In this document: positions 55,767-64,000 of the stretch, one piece after another | Layout: every line of letters begins with the position of its first letter | Position numbering within the stretch: the stretch's first letter is position 1 | Assembly (NCBI GenBank): GCA_000934665.2 | Contig: KZ538210.1 | Span: forward strand, 1-64,000 | DNA from: Catajapyx aquilonaris | Lineage: Eukaryota | Direction: 5' to 3' | DNA length: 64,000 nucleotides | Translations under genes and position numbers: made by a program | Notes under the pieces: model-generated | The model's input: the letters and a program-made list of their open reading frames with translations, nothing else | Database searches by the model: none | What the model was told of the DNA's origin: nothing

Positions 55767-58700
55767 CTACTCCGCCTTCTTCCCATTCTTGTGCACATCA
55801 CGAGTCATCCTGAAGAACTTCCTGACCAAGGGTGAATAAAGGGGCCAGCACCCATAAATAAAGAAACCAGAAAAGTAGAGAGTGGAGTAGACATGCCACC
55901 AGCGGGGGAAGGACAGGAGGGCGAAGGGGACTATGCAATAACCAAAGAACACCACAAGGTGAACCTTCAGCACAATCCATCGCACCACTGATCCGATACC
56001 CGACTGGAATGGACGGGTGAAAGGGTGGTCTCTAACAATGGAGTCCAGCTGAAAAGGTGGAAAAATTCATGTTAAAATTGTTGTGTTCAGAGAAAAGCAC
56101 TGTCTACCTACAAGGAGTAGATGACCAAAAAAATTCCAAATGAAATTAATGTAACAGTATTTAAAACTTTTTGGTCAGTAACCCTTCAATGTACTGCACT
56201 AGTTAGGTTCACAAATGCAATTTATTACAGGTGAAGTTAACCTAATTTGAAAAAAAACGTATATAAAGATGTTTCATTGACCTCACAAATATATGCCATT
56301 TTCATAATTATCAGCAATATTTGGCGATTCCGATTTCTGGACTTCATAATTCAGGGACACTGATATCACGTCTTTGGCTGACTCTGAAGGTCAAGTTCAG
56401 AAACTCACATCCGGCCATAACCAGCGACAGTTAATCTAAGGCACATAGAGAAAAGTCCAGTCTAATCAATCCAACAACTTGAGAGTCAGACATCCCTTAT
56501 CAGTAAGCTGCAGTGTACGTAAACACACACAAACACATACTCTCAAGTTAATTGAGTCTAGCCAAAGTATACCAGTACATCCAAGGATGTAAAGGCTATA
56601 TCTATCCTGGCATTTCAACAAAGAATTTATTTCAGTTCCCACAAATCAGTTCCCACAAATCAGATTGGCAACTGCTTTTACGATCACTAAGGTGAGGAGC
56701 TCCGCAGCAGGATAAGGAAAGAATAGCTCTCTTTGAATCTCTTCATAAAAATTTTGGCAATGCAGTGTGCTAGAAAAGGATAAGTCACTGAATCACCAAA
56801 GTGTATTCTCAGTGAGTGTGAGCACTGGGAACAGTTGGGTGTCAAGTACAGTGAAGTCCAAGCACTAGCTTTCCTTCCTCAACTTCTCCTGAGCTTTCCA
56901 CCTTTTGTAATATCAATAGGCAAATACGATAGGGCTCAAAGAACATGACAGGATCTGTTTAGGTCCATCAGCAATCGGCACATTGGCCTTGGTTGTTTAC
57001 TGCTGTCATGAGAGCCGGATCTCAGCTGAGTGAGAGCCAAACCAAAATCCAGTATTTTGCAGTGTCTCACAATTATTCAACCTTAAAAATTATAATCATA
57101 CCATAACAAAGCTGATAACTGTCTCATGAACCCTGCATTTATAGCTGCATGTGCTAAACCATTCAGGTCATTTAAATGTCATGTAAACAATACTGAAAAA
57201 ATTATCGCACGTGTTACAAGATATTAATGTTCCATATTCATTCCAAGATGTCCCATGAGAGAATCTTTCAACTAAAATGCACGGCTACAATATATTCAAC
57301 CTACGATTAGTACTGATTCTGCAATGGGCATCAGTAACTGTCAACAATACTACCAATATGTCTGATAGTTGAATGCTTGCATTGTCAGCACTAATCCAAG
57401 GCTGAACACATTACACTTGAATCACGTGGCACAAAAGTTTCATGATCGGGTCATGTTATTTTCATTGAAATTGTTGAAACCTGCATGAAACTTGTGTGCC
57501 TTCCCTTCATAACATCTTGGACACTTTTACTTACATCTCTCTCAAACTTCATGACGATGAACTCCATAAAGAAGCACATGTAGTACCCTGAGTGCAGTCC
57601 ATGCCATACGGCTAGGAAGAGCAGAGCTGCTGCCTGGGAAACGTAGCGATTTCCCAAGAACTTGAGTCGCTTGTACACATACTGGGCCACCCAGGCATTA
57701 GTATTGGTGTTGAATGATACTATTATGTGGCCAAACTTGGTAGACTTCTCAAATGTGTCCAGTTTCACATTTTCACATCCATTCCATAGCGTCCGTCCTT
57801 CCTTGTCCTTACCGTTGTAGCCAATACCTGGAACACGAAGGAAAGTTTAAATAAGGTGATCATTATGCCAGTTAAAAATAAAATTCACATGTTCATAATT
57901 ATCACTCACGAAAGTACAATTGGCACTCTTCATGTAAATGCCAGGAATGAGACTGTGGTAATGGAACACATGGTTTACTGAGAGTAATTAGTGCTGTTGA
58001 TTATATTTGTACTTCCCTTGCACTATGACTGTTTTAACAGAAATAATTATCGTTGGAGCACAAGTATGAACAAGTACAATTATTATGCAACTCTAATTCT
58101 CTCATACACTGATTCAGCTTGGAACAAAGGTATATTCCCAAGTCTCCTTACCTCTAAGCCAAGGTTACCCTCTAACATGAGAAAAATCACCCTATTATTA
58201 TCATTGTCCTTTCTTTCTCATTTATCTTCAGTGAGAATAATACTACTATACATACCCCTACAAATTGCGCCATTTGGACACTCGAAGTCTTTTTAAAAGC
58301 AGTAACTGTACGATTACACAATGGAATTGTTTCCATTATGTCCATGCAATTTATGCCAAATCTACATAAGAACTGTTGCTTAAAAGATTTCTAATCTCCC
58401 TGAAAGATCAAATAGTAACTAGCTGTGCAACACTTGCCTGAGAATCACTTGCATTACCAGTTAGGTGGCCTCCTCGTGCCAGTGAAAAGAAAAGTAGAGA
58501 ATCCCGACTGGCGGGAAGTGGGCAGAAAAACCTTGTTACATATTAGCCTGCATTTTATGCAAGGGTGTCCTGGTTTACACTCTGGGAATAGAGGAAGTTC
58601 CAGGTTTCACTGCTCTCTGCAGCAAAGGCATGTTAAAAATGATAACTTATTTAATTCCACCGTAATCCGATGCCAGCAGAATTAACAGCAACCCACAAAT

Positions 58701-61700
58701 TATAAATATTAGCAAAGTCCAAGGACAACAGCAGGTAACCAATTATGGTTAAATCAAAAATAATTAGTAGTGTCAGGGACTTTTGATGCACTTTCTGCAA
58801 TCTTCTAACTAGTACAGGGTCAAGGAACCCATGAAATGGAAGAACATGATGATTCACTTGTGTGAGCAATATTGCACAACAGTGACACAACTTGAATGCA
58901 GCAAACAACAGCCTAAATTGTGACAACAGGAAAGCAGCAATACAGAGTGACTGTACTAATCCAATAATAATTAATCATCATGCTTATGATCAGTAAAAAA
59001 CCAAAAATCAACTTACATAATAAGTTCAGCAATAACCATGGCAAGCTTTCAAACCATAAAACAGAAAGGTTTACAAATACATGCAAGGTCATGTCACTTC
59101 AAAAAAAGCAATGAAAGCTATGAAAAATAAGTTCACAGCCTCGCATTACCTGAAATTATGCAAACTCCTTCGGCCAGTAACCAGCAAGAAACGTACTTGT
59201 AGAGCACCACCTTTCCCCAGATGCCAACTAGCAGGAACCGTTTCCAAAATGCAAGTGCCTGGAAATATGTAAATGTGTATTTCTCAAGAGAGCATGCAGG
59301 CCAATTCCAGATCTTAAGAAAATGCTCAAACGTGTTTTATCTCTCCCTTCTAACAAAACTGGATGACTCAACTAGTAACCAACAAAAAAATGCAATTTGT
59401 CATACCATAGTGCAATAACTTGAACAACAGGCAAGATTAATGAATAGAGCTAAATTAACACGTTACAGTTATAAATATTTAGATTTTGGACTTTTATATT
59501 ACAAATATTATGATTATTCATTTACTTCTGGTTACCTAGGCCTATCTTTCATGAGCACCATATACGCAAATTAAATATTTCAAATGGTTCTCAGCCTTCA
59601 ATTGACCTTGAAAATTTTGCTGATTCACATTGCGATCAGGTAAAGGTGGATAAAACTCATCTGCAAAATATATGTGCAAGCGATTATTCCCCTCTGGTTT
59701 CTCAAGGTCATAAGGCCAAGCAAAAATTATACACCTTGGAGTTTCCATTAAAAGTATCATGAATATGCTAGCAACTTCCAAGATATGGAGGCAACAAATC
59801 CACAGTTGGAAATGCCTCATTTTCATTACTATAATGGGAATTTTAAAATATGGGGTGCAACTCAAATACAGGGGTCGAAATATTCAGCTGCAAGAAAGGT
59901 GCAATGTGCACTCCAAAATTATTAGTTGCAATATAAAGTGAGCCATGAAGTGCAAGCTTTTCACTCTAGTTGGTCCTGTTTTTAACATGGCTAAACCCAG
60001 TAATTAAATATTAAGCACTCAAAGTATGCAATTTGACTCCAGATGACAGTCTCGAGTGCAAACTTTGCACATGGACAAAAAATTCAAGATTCAACCCCTG
60101 CAAATACATCAATACAACAACTTCATATTAGTTCCGCACTCTCAGCCTTCATCCTTCACAATTAATCACCTCCGCAACAAACAATGCTCACCTCAAAGCT
60201 TGGTCCCAGTATGTAGGTGTCAGGCAGCACCAAATTTCCAATCTGGTACACAGTCATGTAGAACGCCCCCATCCCACCTCTTCGGAATCCTGCCACTAGA
60301 CACGAGTCCCCAAAGTCTCCTTTTTCTTTCCCTTTGTCTGCCAGAAGCCCCCTGACAAAGTCTTGGTAGCGCCTCATGGGGAACTGCGGACCAACCAGGA
60401 AGCTCCCTGGGAAAAAGCTGTGCCCAGCTAGTTCCAGGAGGGTTGGAGTCTCCGGCAGCGCTGTCTTTTTTTGGTCTTCTGTTAGCTTCGCGGCTGGTTT
60501 CCTGCCATCGTACACATCGTACACGATCCCCACAAGCTTCATGGTCAGGACACAGTGTGGCATGCTCCATTTGATGTCATAACCATCCGTACCAGTGTAG
60601 TAGTAACCTGGGGTGGGGAATTACGGGTTTATGTTGCTGGCACATGCAGACGAGAAATACAGGGCCTGGAACTCGGCCTGGAATAATAGCCTGGAAGTTA
60701 TATAGTGATTTTTGCTGTTCAAGTTAGTTCTGAATGGAATCTCGTAACATTTTTAAGGTACAAAATTAGCTATCAGTAGTAGCCTGTGCCACACCATATA
60801 CAATCATGGATTTCTCAACTTGAATGGCCAATCAGGAGCCAATTATACACGGCTTATCAAATGAAATATCGTGGGTATTTACTCCACTACTCAATGATGT
60901 TGCTGCATGCTGAAGATAGAAGCAGCAACAAGTCACATCCATAGATATTATTATTATTATTATTATCTACATCTATCTACACTCACACATCTACACATAC
61001 TGGTATCTCTGAATGAGGATGTGTGTGTTTGTTTGCTATAGAAACCCAGAGGAATCCCCGTACACCACCGTAAACCAGAACGCCAGGGGTTACTTTTTTC
61101 GAGGAATTTGATTGCGAATGTTTCAGCTCCCGAAAATAAGTCTAACTCTCTCAATAAGCACATTCCCGATTCCCCTCCATACTCTCCTAAAAACAATAAA
61201 CGACTTTCCAATATAAACATAATATCCCTTCAACAATATTTTTCAAGTTCCCATGGAAATGTTATCATTCATATCGATGGCTCATGGCCATTTTCTTACA
61301 CGTCCTTCAATTCAACGCATCCATTAACTACGCTACCCAAGGAACGATGGCCACCTGACATGAGTTCGTAATATATAGTCATGCCAGGAAAAAACTGCAC
61401 GGAATTTCATCTGATTTGTAAGTAGACTTTTCTGACACAAATGAAACCTGATATGCAGCATTCCCCATGTTAAATACCAAATTTTCCACCTGGCATAGGC
61501 ACATTTATTCAGGGCAAACATAGGGGACAAGGTGGAGGGTAAGAGATATTTTGAAAAAAACAAAAATTAAATAAAAAGTGAAAAACCAGTGGCCATTCAG
61601 TACTTTCTTGGGCCAAATCTATCCACGTTCATTTTTTACACATCCTACCAGAATTATTATATGCGATGACTCTGCTAACCGAGGCATGACTGGCCTCCTT

Positions 61701-63788
61701 GACCTGACGACCCCCGCTTCCCCAGTTTTTTCATAAAATGTTTATTACCAAAACGTTCCACCATGTAGCCTACAGTGCTTATGTAGATTTGTGTTGATTA
61801 TTATCCCCCCAAAATTTTCTTTCGTCACCCTATTTTTTCTCCTTTTCTATCTATTTCTGTTTTTATTTTCCTGACCTTCCTAACGCCTTAAGAACATGCA
61901 GACGACCCTATTTTGCAAATTTTACAAACAAACTTCCTAATATGGACATAGGCCCCTACCTTTACAACCAAACACACCTGAGCAACGCCGGATTACCTGC
62001 TAGTTATTATTAAATATTAATGGTCACACCATGCACATCACTGGCTTTATGAACTTGCGAATTACCTTAAGCAAAGTTAATGCTACCAGTTTCAGTCAAT
62101 GTTCACATCATTACGCACCTGCCAGAAGGTATCCCATATGAAAAACGAAGGAGAATATGACTGAGAAGAGAGTCCCTCCGCAGCTGACCAGTGTGAGGTA
62201 CAGAACCAGTACACATGATATGGAATGAATTATTGAGCAGCCTGAAAAATTCAATTGTCACATTTTTAAGGTAAAAACAATCTGTATGATAATAAACTTA
62301 CCATAATTAAAATACCCGAGGCTAAGCCCACAGGAGATAAAGTAGAGGTGCTGCAGAGTTGCAGTGTTGTCATGTAGTTTAGATTTGTGGAACAGCACAA
62401 GTACATAAGCTAGGGATAAAAATAAAATCAGAATCAGATTAATCAGTTTTACTCAACCTTCATTCATGCTGTGCAAGCGCTATTGGGTCACTTATCAGCA
62501 AAGCCAACTTCGCAGTGCCCAGTAAATTGCATAATCTTATCTCTTTTTCTCATGTTGTGTTTGTCTAATATGAACGTGGCTTCTCCCTCCCACCACACCA
62601 CTTTTTTAATCCTCAGTTTCACCAACCATATGGTCCCTCGTACCCAACACACCCGATCAGTTACACAATTTAATCCATTGAACTCTATTACGGAACACTG
62701 TTCTAATTATTTAAATGAAAGGGCAGTGGGGGCACATAATATGCACAGCTTGCGGGTTTGCTCAGAACAACTTTCGCTGCATAATTTTTCTGGTAACTTA
62801 TTGCGCAACAAAAGCATTGGAAATTGAATGCAAAAAGAGCCATTAAATTCTGGTCGATAAAGATATGCAAAGCCACATAATGGAGCATGACATTCACGTT
62901 GGGACATATTAGTGCCTGCTCGTGCGCTCATAAATTACCACAGATAAAAAGGGGCAACAACTCTCACTGTAAACTCGCTCTCACAAACCACTGAGTTGCA
63001 TACAAACCGCAGAAATTTCACATCCAGCTGACCATTGGAATTTGGGCTACGGGAAAGATTGTTTGGCGCAAACAAAGATTACTTGGGCACTGAATCTTCC
63101 TGACTATCAATTGGTCAAAGTACCAACATGCCATGTCATGAAGCGTGCAACAGTTGAGAAAATATACAGTATGTATATATTTATTCCAACGATCAAACCA
63201 TCTGAAATGTAACAAGTGGTCCAAGTCCTGCTTCGCATGCGCTACCCTTTGCCCGCAGCATGACAAGTGATAAGTAGCTTTGATTCAGGTCAATGTAACA
63301 CACGCCGCAAGTACACCCAATTCTTGCAAACATTGCGCCGTTTAAAAAAATTAAAAATAATGCTCATGGCGGTACATGTCTCATGGTGGTGCACGGCTCA
63401 TGGTGGTGCACGGCTCATGGCGGTACATAGTTCATTATGGTACATGGCTTATTACGGTACATGTGCTCACAACATGGTCAACTTATCGTGTGTCTGTGTC
63501 TCGATGAGTTTATGTGTATACAGCGTACAGCAATATGTTAGCGTGTGTTCCATTGGTTTGGAAGCGCACCTGCACAACGCTAGTGTTTTCCCATCATCTG
63601 CGGTGACACCTGGGCACCACCTGTGGCCCAACCTGACCTTTTTTTTTTCTTTTGACCTGCCCATGCTTACCGGTGAGTAACGAGATGAGTAACCTAAGGG
63701 CAGGCTCAGTGGTCCCCAGGTACCCTGCCAACTTTTCGATCGGATAGCTGCTGGTGGCCATGGATGGGTACGACTCGGCCGCCGCCAT
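55767..63788 (-). CDS. LPCAT3: Lysophospholipid acyltransferase 5 (MBOAT5/LPCAT3, nessy-like), 482 aa
   Basis: Exons 63788-63671, 62409-62302, 62241-62119, 60607-60192, 59258-59150, 57827-57535 and 56048-55767 (1449 nt). Motifs YDIKWSMPHCVLT, FLVGPQF, SFNTNTNAWVAQYVYKRLKFLGN, catalytic FLAVWHG and a C-terminal KKAE dilysine ER-retrieval signal. Confidence 0.95.
60966..62003 (+). mobile_element. Non-autonomous Helitron, about 1 kb, in an LPCAT3 intron
   Basis: A|TCTACATC...GGATGTGTGTGTTTGTTTGCTATAGAAA ... CCTGAGCAACGCCGGATTACCTGCTAG|T. The region around 61005-61150 aligns with the reverse complement of 42560-42713. Confidence 0.8.
63363..63468. repeat. 17-bp minisatellite, about 6 diverged copies, in LPCAT3 intron 1
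   Basis: CTCATGGCGGTACATGT / CTCATGGTGGTGCACGG x2 / CTCATGGCGGTACATAG / TTCATTATGGTACATGG / CTTATTACGGTACATGT. Confidence 0.85.
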
Positions 63789-64000
63789 CTTCCGACTTCC
63801 ACTCACTCACTCGAAGGCTGTGGAACTAACTGTGGCCGGGCGTGTTGCTTTCTGCTCTCTCTCTCTCTCCCTGCACCGACGCACACCGACGATGGAATGG
63901 TCCCAGCTCACTCACTCCCGCTCGGCCCCAGCCAGTCAACAAAATGTTTCGTCACACTTCTATTATGCAACTGCCAGCTTGGACTCTTCTCTTCTTTTTT

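Overview
This is eukaryotic, intron-rich genomic DNA, most likely from an arthropod (inferred from the proteins, the many 54-110 nt GT-AG introns and the insect-type Helitron/MITE repeats). Eight spliced genes can be built by hand with consistent frames. In order: the 3' end of mitochondrial t6A synthase OSGEPL1/Qri7 (+); G-protein beta-1 (+, 340 aa, about 15 kb 5' intronic region, long 3' UTR); a P5B-ATPase of ATP13A2/3 type (+, about 1185 aa); a 1203-aa THAP-domain P-element/THAP9-like transposase-derived gene (+); gamma-tubulin (+); a divergent HCN/CNBD-family channel (-); SLC38A11 (+); and LPCAT3/MBOAT5 (-). Four observations stand out. (1) The transposase gene has an intact frame, but two of its three DDE residues are substituted, and its upstream region is a colinear, diverged copy of the gamma-tubulin promoter. 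This suggests a domesticated transposase that captured a cell-cycle promoter. (2) The HCN-like channel has a GVNYG filter and a degenerate cyclic-nucleotide cassette. (3) A CpG-rich block packed with CRE/E-box/CArG/TATA motifs lies inside the G-beta 5' intron. (4) A G-U-rich hairpin follows the UGA-C stop of the ATPase. All coordinates and alignments were read by eye, and no database searches were run.
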